This document shows, one piece after another, positions 11,661-22,571 of a stretch of DNA of 64,000 nt (position 1 is the first letter of the stretch; every line of letters begins with the position of its first letter). Source of the stretch: an uncultured Chloroflexia bacterium (GTDB taxonomy: Bacteria; Chloroflexota; Anaerolineae; CG2-30-64-16); the NCBI GenBank assembly GCA_963774265.1, contig CAVZDU010000003.1:480001-544000 (forward strand). The letters run 5' to 3'. A program made the translations under genes and the position numbers. The notes under the pieces were generated by a model, which did no database searches, was not told where the DNA came from, and saw only the letters and a list, made by a program, of their open reading frames with translations.

Positions 11661-11945
11661 ATGTACATCTTGCACATCGAACACCCTGTCCCCGATTTCG
11701 AGGGCTGGAAGAAGGCATTTAACAGCGACCCCGTCGGGCGTGTGCGATCTGGAGTGCGGCGGTACTGGATTTCGCGGGCTGTGGACGATCCCAACCACGT
11801 GAGTATCGACCTGGAGTTTGCCACTGAGAGCGAAGCAGCGGGCCTCTTGGCTGCGATGCGCGCGGTGTGGGCGCGCGTGCAGGGCCAGATTATGATGAAC
11901 CCACAGGCACGAATTGCCGAGATCGTGGAGACACTTCAGTATTAG
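11661..11945 (+). CDS. Small dimeric alpha-beta-barrel-like hypothetical protein
   Basis: HPVPDFEGWKKAF...DDPN motif; co-oriented 11 nt after the SnoaL gene. Confidence 0.7.
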   Translation: MYILHIEHPVPDFEGWKKAFNSDPVGRVRSGVRRYWISRAVDDPNHVSIDLEFATESEAAGLLAAMRAVWARVQGQIMMNPQARIAEIVETLQY

Positions 11946-11968
11946 GACTTGCCTGCCCGGGTGGGAGC

Positions 11969-11996
11969 CGCGGGCGGAGCACCTGCTCCGCCCGCG
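11969..11996. terminator. GC-rich hairpin after the SnoaL operon
   Basis: CGCGGGCGGAGCA-cc-TGCTCCGCCCGCG. Confidence 0.55.
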
Positions 11997-12033
11997 TTCA
12001 AGTGTATGTTATGTGTCGGTTCTACGGACGCCT

Positions 12034-12060
12034 CCATCTCGATATCGGAATGCCCCAGCA
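12034..12060. repeat. Perfect 27-bp copy of 7956-7982 (integrase LGHSDIEM codons)
   Basis: CCATCTCGATATCGGAATGCCCCAGCA occurs at both sites in the same orientation. Confidence 0.9.
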
Positions 12061-12152
12061 CAGATCCGGCGTTTATGTTTGCCACAAAGTTCATTTGCCT
12101 ACCATCACGGAGTGTGATATCGTACGATAAATCGAGATTGGATTTAGCAAAA

Positions 12153-12973
12153 ATGGCCGATAATCTTACCGCGATTTCTGTAGCCCGGATGTTGCACGAG
12201 CAGGAACTGTTCTACTTCTCGTCGCGCACCCTTGCTGACCTGCTCGGCCGCGACCTTTCCCAGGTCCATCCGCTCGTGCGTCAGTTGGTGCGGGCTGGTC
12301 TTATAGCTGAGATCGAGAACGGCAAGTACTTGCTCCTCGGCTTTGAGCCGGAGCGCGTGCTCGCCAACCCGCTCTTCATCGGCTCCCATTTGATTACACC
12401 CGGATACGTGTCCTACTGGTCGGCTCTGCACACCTATGGTTTCACGGAACAGGTGCCGCTTACGGTGTACGTGGCGACCACCAGGAAGAAGTCGCCTGTC
12501 GAATACGCCGGACAGCGCTTTCGTTTTGTGACGATCCAGCCGCGCAAGTTCTTCGGCTACCGCCGCGAGCAGGTGGGTGGGTTGCCGGTTTTGATCGCCG
12601 ATGAGGCCAAGGCGCTCATTGACAGCTTGAGCGAGCCGGAATATGCCGGGCGGGATCGCTGAGGTCGCGAAGGCGCTGCGCACAGCGATCGAGACGATCG
12701 ATCTCAATACGTTGGTGGAATACGCCAACCGGCTCGGTGACAAAACACTGGGCTCCCGCCTCGGTTATTTGCTGGGCCTCGTGGGTCGCGTTGTCTCGCC
12801 CTGCGATGGGGTCGCCTGCCCCGAAGACGGGCGAGGGGACGCCTCAACTCATCCGCTCCACCTCGTCGGTCAAGCTCGATCCCGGCCGACCGGGGCAAGG
12901 CCGGCGCGATACTCGTTGGAGAATTGACATAAACTTATCGCTTGAAGAACTGAGAGGGGAGGGTATCGGCTGA
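12153..12973 (+). CDS. abiEi: Type IV TA antitoxin AbiEi family (frameshifts ~12650 and ~12840)
   Basis: wHTH-like N-terminus, YVSYWSALHTYGFTEQVP, EKA-like LID motif; stop overlaps the toxin start. Confidence 0.8.
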
Positions 12974-13803
12974 TGCTGACTCGCACACAAATCCAACGTC
13001 TGGCGCAGCGCAATCACATCGGCATGCAGGCCCAGGAGCGCGACTACCTCCAGCACCTGTTGCTGATGCTTTTCTACGCCCGCTCACAGGCACTCATCTT
13101 CAAGGGCGGCACCGCGCTACGCCTGGTGTACCGGGGAGTCCGCTATTCGGAGGATTTGGACTTCAGCGCCTTGATCAGCGGGGAGCCGGTTGCTGCACCA
13201 GCCCGAATCGCCGAGTTGCGCCGCCTGTGGCAGGCGGTCGTGGCCGACTTACGCGACTTCGGCGCCGAGGGCGAGATACGCAACGTTCGGCAGGGTGAGG
13301 TTGGGCTCAGCTTCGACGTGAGCTACCAGGGGCCGCTGTACGATGGTCGCGATCGGAGCAAGGGGAAGGTGCGCGTCGATGTCAGCTTGCGCGGCGAACC
13401 ATCGGCTACCCGTCGGGAGTTGGTGCGCTCGGAGTACGACGATGTGCGGCCGTTTGTCGTCACTGTGCTCAGTCCGGAACATCTGCTGGCCGAGAAGGTG
13501 CGCGCCTTGCTGGTGCGGGCCAAGCCGCGCGATCTTTATGACGTCTGGCTGATGGTCGAGCAGGGGGTCCAGCTGGACGCCGACCTGATCCGGCAGAAGC
13601 TCAAGCTCTACGAGATGACCTTGACGCCGACGGTGGTTGAGGCGGCGCTGACACGCGCGCGACGGGATTGGGAACGCGATCTGCGCCCGCTCTTGGGGCA
13701 GTATGTGGAGCCTGACGTGACCGACCGCACCGCAGCGACGCTGCTCCGACTGGCCGAGTCTGCGAGCGAGGGCGCCGGCCTGGCCGACAGCCGCGGAGAA
13801 TGA
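12973..13803 (+). CDS. abiEii: AbiEii/AbiGii nucleotidyltransferase toxin
   Basis: FKGGTAL, RYSEDLDF, AEK and RDLYD motifs. Confidence 0.9.
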   Translation: MLTRTQIQRLAQRNHIGMQAQERDYLQHLLLMLFYARSQALIFKGGTALRLVYRGVRYSEDLDFSALISGEPVAAPARIAELRRLWQAVVADLRDFGAEGEIRNVRQGEVGLSFDVSYQGPLYDGRDRSKGKVRVDVSLRGEPSATRRELVRSEYDDVRPFVVTVLSPEHLLAEKVRALLVRAKPRDLYDVWLMVEQGVQLDADLIRQKLKLYEMTLTPTVVEAALTRARRDWERDLRPLLGQYVEPDVTDRTAATLLRLAESASEGAGLADSRGE

Positions 13804-14048
13804 GCATGGCGCGCAAACTGGATCGGATTCTTATTGAAGACGTTGAAGCTACCTGCTGGGATGGCGCCCACCACCTCGGCGTCGGAAAGATAAGCGGTGC
13901 GCCTGCCTGAAGCGGTTTCCATGAGCCATCCGATGTGGCGAGGACTCTTCTATTCGCCCGGTTTCTTGGGCGGTGCGGGCGGCGCCTTCGGCGCTTCATC
14001 CTCTGAAGACGTGGGCGCGGTCATCCCGCGCCCACACTGACACTTATT

Positions 14049-14465
14049 CTAGCCCTTGCTGGCGTACACGATCTCGGTGCGGCTGCGCTCCCACTCGGGC
14101 AGCTTGAAGATCCGGTAGCCGCGCCCGCGCAGCTCATCGAGCTTTTTCGCCACTTCGCTTTGCGCGTCGTCCAGGTCGCCATAAGTCATGGCGCCGTTGG
14201 GGCAGTTGTGGACGCAGTAGGGATCTTGCTCCTGCTTTGTGCGCCCCCCGCACAACGTGCAGTCGGTGGTGTGGATGGGGATCCAGCTCATGCGCAGATT
14301 AGGCCACACGCCCGAAGGGCGGTCGATGCCTTCGCCGCTGCCCAGGGTGCGCACGTGCTGCCACCACTCGTCGTCGGCTAGCTGGTTGCCGACCTTGCAG
14401 GCCAGGGAGCAGGTCCAGCAGCCGGTGCAGCGCTGCAGGTTGATCAGGATGGTTGGCTGAGTCAT
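14049..14465 (-). CDS. 4Fe-4S dicluster protein (short DmsB/NrfC-like subunit)
   Basis: CTGCWTCSLAC, CTLC and CVHNCP motifs; ATGA-type overlap with the upstream gene. Confidence 0.85.
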   Translation of the reverse strand: MTQPTILINLQRCTGCWTCSLACKVGNQLADDEWWQHVRTLGSGEGIDRPSGVWPNLRMSWIPIHTTDCTLCGGRTKQEQDPYCVHNCPNGAMTYGDLDDAQSEVAKKLDELRGRGYRIFKLPEWERSRTEIVYASKG

Positions 14466-15709
14466 TTCTGACCTCCATTCTTGCCGTTTACTTTGCGCAC
14501 ATCGCACGCGCAGTCCCAGATCGTATCCCAGGCGCCGGCCAGGACCGACTCGCCGCCGGCAAACATGTTCCCGATCTTTCCCTCATCCGCAATACATTGC
14601 CACCAGCGCTTTGTCAGATCGTCAATGGTTTCCATGCCTCCCAGCGGGACGAGCAGCTCCGCATAGGTGCCTTCCTCGAACTGGCGCTTGCGCCAGCCGA
14701 ACCAGACCTGCACCGTCCCGGGCGGGATAGCCTCGTCCAGGCGCAAGATGGTCTTGACCTTGCCGCGCTGGTTGAAGCACTCGATGGTGTCGCCGTCTTT
14801 GAGGCCTTCCTTGGCTGCGTCGACGGGGTTCATGCGCGCCGATGGCCCGCCACCGGAAAGCTTGGTCATCCAGGGGTCATCGGTGAAGATGGACTGCATG
14901 AAGAAGCGCTGCCGACCGGTGAAGAAGTGGTAAGTGTATGGGTTCTCGCGCACGCCATCCGGAACCTCGAGCGTGGGCCTGTATTTTGCCAACGCCTCGC
15001 CCAGGTCCGCCAGGCGCTCGACGTAGAACTCGACGCGGCCGGATTCGCTCGGGAACCGGCGCGATGCCCAGGGATCGTTAGGCGTTTCCGGCACAGCCGC
15101 CCGGACGCGTTTTTCCTTCTTCAGGCGCTCCATCGTCAGCGGCGGCTGGATGTCGGCGATCATCGGGTAGGGCGACTGCAGCCGGATATCGAGCCACTCT
15201 TCGGTGGTCTTGTCGAAGTATTCGCCCAGGCCGACGCGCTTGGCCAGCTCGCTCCAGAAGAAGTTCGGGTCGCGGGCTTCGCCTAGCGGCTCGATCGCCG
15301 GTTCCTGCAGGACGATGTGGTTGTAACAGGCCGAGGCGATAATCTCCATGCGCTCGAAGGAGGTGCAGTCGGGCAGTACGTAGTCGGCCAGCTCGCCCGT
15401 ATCGGTCATCCAGATGTCGAAGTCGACCACCAGTTCCATCTGCGGGAAGGTTTCTTTCTCCCAGCGTGAGCGGTTCGGGCAGTTGTGCACCGGGTTGCCG
15501 TTGGCTTTGATAAAGGCCTTAATCGGATAGGGCTTGCCGGTCTTGACCTGCTCGAAGAAATCATCCTGGCGGATGTATTTCGCCTTGATCCCCTCGATCC
15601 CATCAGGGAACGCGATGGGGAAGTCGTTAAAGAGGATTGGATAACCGGTCGGCATCAATTCGCAGGTCGCGCCGCCGCCGAGCATGCCGATGTTGCCGGT
15701 CAACAGGGC
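14462..15709 (-). pseudogene. Molybdopterin oxidoreductase (DMSO reductase family), C-terminal half only
   Basis: LTGNIG, NGNP, TDTGELADYVLP, MNPVDA and NQRG motifs; Fe-S N-terminus absent. Confidence 0.8.
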
Positions 15710-15943
15710 ATTCGAGGGCTAGCGCCTGGCAGGCATATCCCAGCGAGTCCTGGTGATGCGCCAAAAATCTTCGTAGCTGCCCATGAGGCTGCGCAGCCAG
15801 GTATACTCAAGCTGCTTGGCCCGCCAGAGCTGGCTGAGGGCTTTGCCGCGCCCCGGAAAAGCCCCTTCGGCGGCGTCGACCACTGAATGAACGTCAAAGA
15901 GCGTGCCGTAGGCATCGAAGGCATAGGCCTGTAAGGCGGTCAT
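15710..15943 (-). pseudogene. Haloacid dehalogenase type II, N-terminal fragment
   Basis: [10 protein letters not shown] and [16 protein letters not shown]; stops after ~78 codons. Confidence 0.82.
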
Positions 15944-16257
15944 TTTCCCTCAGCAAATAGATCCAGTCTGGCTCTCGGTTAGGAATATTCTATCACCGGA
16001 ATGATGAACACAAAAAGCGGAGCGAGCCATGGAACCGCTCGATCCGCTTTCTCTTCAACCTTACCGTGTGAATTGGGCCTCAGGCGGTCATGTCAATCAA
16101 TTTACTCAAAGTGCTTTTCGGCCAGGGCAACTAAGGTGCAATTGCCCTGTTCCCCCCACTCCCTTCTTAACGATACAGGCCGCAGGGATCAGTTCAGTCT
16201 GATCCGCTGCGGCCTGAGTTACGCACCCCTGTGCGACGACCTCTCTGGGACTGACAC

Positions 16258-17332
16258 CTACTTGCAGTTATAGCCTTGCAGGAGTTTGCCCTCGGCATCG
16301 ACCACCGCTTGACGCGCGCTCAAAACCTTCTGCGCCGACGCACCTACGGTGGTGCCGGTGATGCCGCTGACGAAATCGCTGTAGGTCTTGTAGACATTCT
16401 GGAGCGTCGCCGTCTCTGCCGGGCGCACCGTTCCCAAGACATTCACGACGCCGTCGAATGCAGCTTTCACCTTGTCCTGGCCGGCCTTAAGGTCAGTGAC
16501 AGTGGTGTTGGCGTTGATCGTGGGCAGGCCCTTGACCGTCTGGTCGAGCGTGCTGATGGCCGTACAGACCGGCGCCTGCAAGTCGGCCGGCAGCGCCTGA
16601 AGCGTGATCGGCTTCGGGCGCAGGAACAGGAGCCACAAGATGGCCAGCACGGCCACAGCGCCGAGCAGCCACCATAGCCACTTCATGGATCGCACGGGTG
16701 ACGGCGGTTCAGGCTGAGGATTGAGCCTGGGCGACGGCGCCGCAGGCGGCGTGACGCGCGGCACTGTTGGCGCAGGCGTGCTGATTATTGGGCCGGCGCT
16801 TAGGCCCAGCGTGTCGGCCAGCGCCTTCGGCGCAGCGGCCTTCACGAAGTCCGTTTGCCCGGCCAGCAGGTTGGCCAGGCCTGACGCGTTCAAATTGCCG
16901 CGGGTGACCTGCCTGCCCACCAAAGCCAAGACCATAGGGGCAATGCTGTTGAGAAGTGTGGAGGCGGACCCTCCCCGGATGCCCGCGATCGAGGCAATCG
17001 CGTCAATCACCTTGCTGGTGTTGCCGCCCAAGAGGCTGCTGACGATGCCAGCGCCCGAAGAAAGCAGGTTCTGGCTCGAATCGGAGCCGCCAAGAAGGCC
17101 AGCGAGGTTGCCCAGTACATCCGCACCGCCGGTCTGATTCCTCACCAGGTCCAGGATCCCTTGCCGCGCCGGCGGGCGTCCCACCCTGTTTGGCCAACGC
17201 GCCCACCAGGCTGGGTACGACTGCCCCCAGAGCATTCTGCGTCTGCGCGGCGGAAGTCCCGCTCAGACTGCCGAGTGTGTCTACTACATCGGGCGTGAGC
17301 TGCTTGCCGATGAGTTCGATCAGGCTGTCCAT
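16258..17332 (-). CDS. DUF937-like membrane-anchored protein (frameshift ~17180)
   Basis: MDSLIELIGKQLTPD N-terminus, Gly/Leu-rich helices, Pro linker, KWLWWLL TM segment. Confidence 0.75.
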
Positions 17333-17969
17333 TCTCTTCTCCTTTCTACAACACGACTGTGGGACTCAAACGAGCCAAACCACATCTAAAATGAAATGAT
17401 AGCAGGTCTCCGTGACGAAACAGATTACCTTGCTCTAAGGATTGTATGGTCTGTCGTACGCTCTTCGATCTTTCATAGCTGTGAACCCCACACTGCATGC
17501 CGCGCTCGTCATTGCGGGGTCATTTTCCACGAGGGCAGGGCTTGCCACCGGCCGAAAACCGTCGTGGTCGCTCCTGGGGTCAGGAGCGTGCCTGGAAGAC
17601 CCATAAACAGTTTTGGCAAGAAGATGACGGCACTCGACCTGCCGAAACAGCACCACTCGCGGAGATCTGGATCTGCGGCCCCGCGGTCGATCCGTCATCG
17701 TGATTGCGCCTACCGGTTACGCCCTCGTAGATCTACTGCGTGACGCGGGGTTCACCATTGACCAGAGCCGCCTGGATCGCGTCTTCCACGACCCGAAGGG
17801 ACCGATCACCCGCGCCGTGAAGCTTTGCTCGCCGGGGATGTGACCGCCGGTGTGCGTATCAAATACTGGTCGCTGGATCGAGCCCGATCTAAAGTGCAGA
17901 TACCTCAGAATGCACGGAACCCCACAGATAGCTATCCGTGGGGTTCCAGGTACGCCTGATGATGATGTT

Positions 17970-18009
<40 letters not shown>

Positions 18010-18276
18010 ACATTCTTATATCCTGTATTGAGTACGCTTTGCATTCCTCAGTAACCCCAAACCGTGGGGGGCCTTCGTTAAGCTTCTGATCTTCCCCTGC
18101 TCAGCCGTGTCAGGCATGTGTGGTGTCAGATTGGGGACCGAACCTTAAAGTTTCGCGAAGTTGCGAAATTGGGGTCATTCCCCATTCACTAACAAAGTGT
18201 TACCGTCCCTGAAAATGGATAAACCTATTGACACACCACATATAATATAGACACGGGTTTACATCTAGGGGGACGC

Positions 18277-18708
18277 ATGGCAGGTCCAACACAACGGGTC
18301 AAGGGGCGAATGTCCAGGGTGCAGGTAATTCGAGCGCAGCACCTGCTGCACATGAAGTATGCGCCTTCGGAGATCGCGGATGAGATTGGTCTTCCGAACA
18401 AGGACCTGGTCTACCAGTTCATCAAGGCCGGTTGTCCACACGAACGGGACGAGAATGATCGGATATGGATCGTCGGCACGCTGTTTCGCCAGTGGGCCAA
18501 GTCTCAGGCGACAGGCGACCGCACCGAACACGATAAGATGCTTGAAGGTCAGGCGTATTGCTTCAGATGTCGCAAACGGGTGACGATGAAGGCCACTGGC
18601 GTGCGGCCGTCAGGTCGTTATCTGGAGTTGCTCACGGGCACGTGCGCGGAATGCGGCGGGATCGTCAACCGGGCACGCAGAAGGGGGGGCGATGATCAAC
18701 CGGGATAA
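18277..18708 (+). CDS. HTH plus zinc-ribbon (DUF5679-like) protein
   Basis: YAPSEIADEIG helix pattern; AYCFRC...GTCAECG; overlaps the integrase start. Confidence 0.7.
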   Translation: MAGPTQRVKGRMSRVQVIRAQHLLHMKYAPSEIADEIGLPNKDLVYQFIKAGCPHERDENDRIWIVGTLFRQWAKSQATGDRTEHDKMLEGQAYCFRCRKRVTMKATGVRPSGRYLELLTGTCAECGGIVNRARRRGGDDQPG

Positions 18709-19769
18709 CTACAAGGCTTACAAGCGGTATCTGTCCTATCTCTCCGATATGAAGCAGTTGGATCGACTCACGGTCGACAAGTACCGGAAAGAACTGGTCT
18801 ACCTGTTGGAGTGGGCAGATGAGCAGCCGTTATTCAGGGTCCACACGATCCGACCGTCGTTCCCGAAGTTCTTGTTAGAGGCCGACGGTAACGGCGACGG
18901 GAAACCCCTCACGTCAGCCTACGCGCGGCGAGTGAGCGCGGCCACGCGGGCGTTCCTGACGTGGCTTCGCATGTCCGAAGGGGGACCGTACCGCGATCTC
19001 TCGGAGAGTTGGCTTGAAACCCTTACCGCGCAGCGGCAGCGGCAGGGAGCGATCCGCGAGCACGAATTCTACACGGTCGAGGAGGTGCGCCAGTTGTTGA
19101 GCGTGCCCGCTGATAGCCTCCTCACGCGGCGGGATCAGGCAGCGGTAGCATTCCTGTTCATTTCGGGAGCGCGGATCGGCGCATTCGTCACGATGACGAC
19201 GCGGTGCGTCGACGTGGAGCATCGCCGTGTGCGGCAGTGGCCGGACCTGGGGGTAGTCACCAAAAACCGTAAGGCAGCAACTACCTATTTTCTGGACGTT
19301 CCCGATCTGCTCGAAGTGGTCGGGCAGTGGGACGCGTTGGTCCGATCTCGATCCTCGGAGAACGATCTTTGGTATCCGATCCTATCGCGATGGCGACAGG
19401 ATTGTCGAAGGGAAACCGGCGACTCCCGATCGCGCGACGGACTTCTACCGCGGACTGAAGCGTCTATGCTCGGCGGCAGGGGTCACCTTCAAGTCTCCGC
19501 ACAAACTGCGCCATGGCCACACGATGCACACGCTAGCAGGTGCCGAAACGATCAGCGACCTGAAAGCGATCAGCCAAAACCTGATGCACAGCAGCCTGAC
19601 GATCACGGATCAGGTCTATGGAGTCCTCGGGGCGAATGATGTTGCTGATCGCATCGGCGCGCTTGGCGGCAGCGGGGCCGATCGGCAACGAGAGCCAGGC
19701 GCTGGCGACATGAAGATAGAGAAGATCATCGACCGGGCGATTGCAAGGGCGCTTGCTGGGCGGGCGTAG
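18692..19769 (+). CDS. int: Tyrosine recombinase/integrase (apparent frameshift ~19395)
   Basis: SGARIG (R), TKNRK (K), SPHKLRHGH (HxxR), LMHSS (H) and DQVY (Y). Confidence 0.9.
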
Positions 19770-19828
19770 GGCACGGTAACACAGAATTAGGGGACGTGAG
19801 TTGCATCAACACCGAGAGGTTTTGAGTT

Positions 19829-19939
19829 GCGAGGCAGTACGGATCAGGGGCCGGTCGCGGGGCAGCCACCGCGCCGATCGTTCGCGAGGCAGTACGGATC
19901 AGGGGCCGGTCGCGGGGCAGCCTCCCGCGCCGGCCGTTC
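19829..19939. repeat. Two tandem ~55-bp hairpin-containing repeats
   Basis: GCGAGGCAGTACGGATCAGGGGCCGGTCGCGGGGCAGCC starts at 19829 and 19884. Confidence 0.9.
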
Positions 19940-19954
19940 TTGGGAGGTACGGGG

Positions 19955-20146
19955 ATGGATGATGACTATGATGCGTCGATAAGGCGTCGGTTCAAGCTTG
20001 ATCCGAAGTCAGCCTGGCAAAAGAGGCTGGATGTACTTACGACGAACCAGCAAGCGGAATTGGAACGTCTCAAAGATTTGAAGCGGCGCTTCCATCTCGA
20101 CATGAGCGAGGCAGAGATGTTAGAAAAGGTCGAGAGGCTACCATGA
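19955..20146 (+). CDS. Small charged hypothetical protein
   Basis: GGAGG RBS; ATGA overlap with the next ORF. Confidence 0.6.
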   Translation: MDDDYDASIRRRFKLDPKSAWQKRLDVLTTNQQAELERLKDLKRRFHLDMSEAEMLEKVERLP

Positions 20147-20430
20147 CGGATCAAGATGCACAGATCGAGGATCTGAAAGGACAACGCGCGGAGCTGCAAG
20201 TCAGGTTCAACGCCTGGGGCACCCGCATGTCCGAGATCGACGCGGAACTCGCAGCGCTGTGGCAGGCGTGGCGTCAGCTCTTGCGAGATCGCTACCATCA
20301 CGAACAGTCTTGCATCGCGGCGGGCGTGGATGGCGTTCTGCCCCCGATCGATGTAAGCGCGGTCAAACCCATCCTGGATCGCATCATGGACGGTCGCAGC
20401 GGGATCTTGCCAAAACACCCGCGCGACTGA
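20143..20430 (+). CDS. Coiled-coil hypothetical protein, paralog A
   Basis: GAGG RBS; shares ~105 bp with the next ORF. Confidence 0.65.
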   Translation: MTDQDAQIEDLKGQRAELQVRFNAWGTRMSEIDAELAALWQAWRQLLRDRYHHEQSCIAAGVDGVLPPIDVSAVKPILDRIMDGRSGILPKHPRD

Positions 20431-20446
20431 ACGGAAGGAGATCGGG

Positions 20447-20725
<279 letters not shown>

Positions 20726-20836
20726 AACGAGACGGAGTATACCGCTCACGGCGCAGAAATGCAAAAACGGGCCGCACGCTCCTCCCTTGCGCGGCCGCGC
20801 GCCCTGTGCTATCTTACCCACACACAGGAGGTCGCC

Positions 20837-21935
20837 ATGAGCCTGCAGATCGGCATCGTCGGCCTGCCCAACGCCGGGCAAATCCACCCTCTTCAACGCC
20901 CTGACGCAAGCAGGCGCGGCCATCGCGCCCTATCCCTTCACGACCATCGACCCGAACCTGGGCATCGCGGCTGTGCCGGACCCGCGGCTCGATCAACTGG
21001 TGGCCCTGGTCAAACCCGAGAAGGTCTCACCCGCCACGGTGGAGTTCGTGGATATCGCCGGCCTGGTCAAGGGCGCGAGCCACGGCGAGGGGCTGGGCAA
21101 CCAGTTTCTCGGCCATATCCGCAACGTCGACGCAGTGCTGCTGGTGCTGCGCGGGTTCGAGGACCCCGATGTACCGACCGCGGGCGAGCAGGTCGATCCC
21201 CTCGTCGACCTCGAAACGTTGGAATTGGAGCTGATCCTGGCCGATCTGACGGCCACGGATCGACGCATCGAGAGGGTGCAGGGCCAGGCCAAGGGGCGGC
21301 CGCGCGACTTCGCGGAGCAATTGGCGTGGCTGGGGCGGCTGCGTGGACATCTCGACGACGGGCGGAGCGCAGTGACCTTCCCTGAGCCGGCCCACCACGC
21401 GGACTGGACGACCGACTTCCCGCTCCTGAGCGGCAAACCGCGACTCTACGTCGTCAACGTGGGCGAAGATACGCTGCCGACCGGCGACCCGCTGGCGGCC
21501 CCCGTCCGGGCAAGAGCACAGGCTGAAGGTGCACCTTGCCTGACCCTGTGCGCCGCGTGCGAGGCGGAGCTGATCGGCTGGCCGCCGGATGAAGCGGCGG
21601 AGTACCGCAAGGACCTGGGGCTGGCGGAGTCGGGCCTCACTCAGCTCATCCGGGTGAGTTACCGTCTGCTAGACCTGATTACCTTCTTCACCATTGCGGG
21701 CGGCAAGGAGAGCCGCGCCTGGAACCTCAAGCGAGGCCAGACAGCTTATGAGGCAGCGGGCAAGGTGCACACTGACATCCAGCGCGGCTTCATTCGCGCT
21801 GAGGTAGTCCCCCAACCTGCGCTGATCGCAGCAGGCGGCGTGGCCGGCGCGCGCAGCCAGGGGCACGTCCGGCTGGAAGGCAAGGAGTACGTGGTGCAGG
21901 ATGGCGATGTGATCGCCTTCAGATTCAATGTGTGA
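20837..21935 (+). CDS. ychF: Redox-regulated ATPase YchF (frameshift ~20877)
   Basis: GIVGLPN, YPFTTIDPN, DIAGLVKGASHGEGLGNQFL and EGKEYVVQDGD motifs. Confidence 0.95.
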
Positions 21936-22142
21936 ACACACAAACGCGGGAAACCACAAACACTTATGAGCCCCTTGTCAACGTGACCGTCTTGTGCTAA
22001 AATATTTGTGTTGGGGTTGCGACCGGCGCCCCACTGCATGAGCCTCGCGGCATGCCGTACCTCTCAATTCTCCGGGGGCACCTTGTTGTTCGCAGCAGCG
22101 ACGATCCGCGAGGGCGCCCTCACATGCAAAGGAGTGTGACAG

Positions 22143-22571
22143 ATGAGGTCGAAGCCCTTTCCTCCGAAGTTCGCGTATGTCGCAGCGTTGGCGATCCTGC
22201 TCGCAGTGTGCTTCTACGCGGGCAGCCTGGCCACCAGTGATCAGCCCGTGAGCGCCCAGGGCGCCAACAACCCCACTGATCTGACGGCTCCAGAAGGGGA
22301 ATTCTCGTGCACCATCGGGAACGTTGCGGTGTACGAGAACCGCATTCACGTCTACTGCCCGGCTCACGTTGGCCTGATCAAGTATTTCGCCTACTCGGTA
22401 CTTTCCTCTGCGCAGTCCCGGCAGGCAAATCGGTACCTGGCCATCCTGAACACCGCCTATGCGTTGGGCAAGCCAGTGTTGGTGGCCTTTAACGACAGCT
22501 CGACAGCCAATCCGCCAGGGTGCCAGACCGACGATTGCCGGCTCATCACCGGATTGGCGATCGCGCCATGA
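22143..22571 (+). CDS. Secreted Cys-containing hypothetical protein
   Basis: AAGGAG RBS, signal peptide ending VSA, four Cys in the mature part. Confidence 0.7.
   Translation: MRSKPFPPKFAYVAALAILLAVCFYAGSLATSDQPVSAQGANNPTDLTAPEGEFSCTIGNVAVYENRIHVYCPAHVGLIKYFAYSVLSSAQSRQANRYLAILNTAYALGKPVLVAFNDSSTANPPGCQTDDCRLITGLAIAP

Noticed and set aside
13804-14045. Minus-strand ORF pieces between abiEii and the Fe-S gene
   Set aside because: No convincing motif; the ORFs run antisense into abiEii.
17400-17930. Short ORFs; a weak methyltransferase-like stretch (LRPRGRSVIV)
   Set aside because: Too degenerate to assign without a search.
18228-18246. TTGACA and TATAAT upstream of the element operon
   Set aside because: They are only 7 nt apart, so they cannot form one sigma70 promoter.
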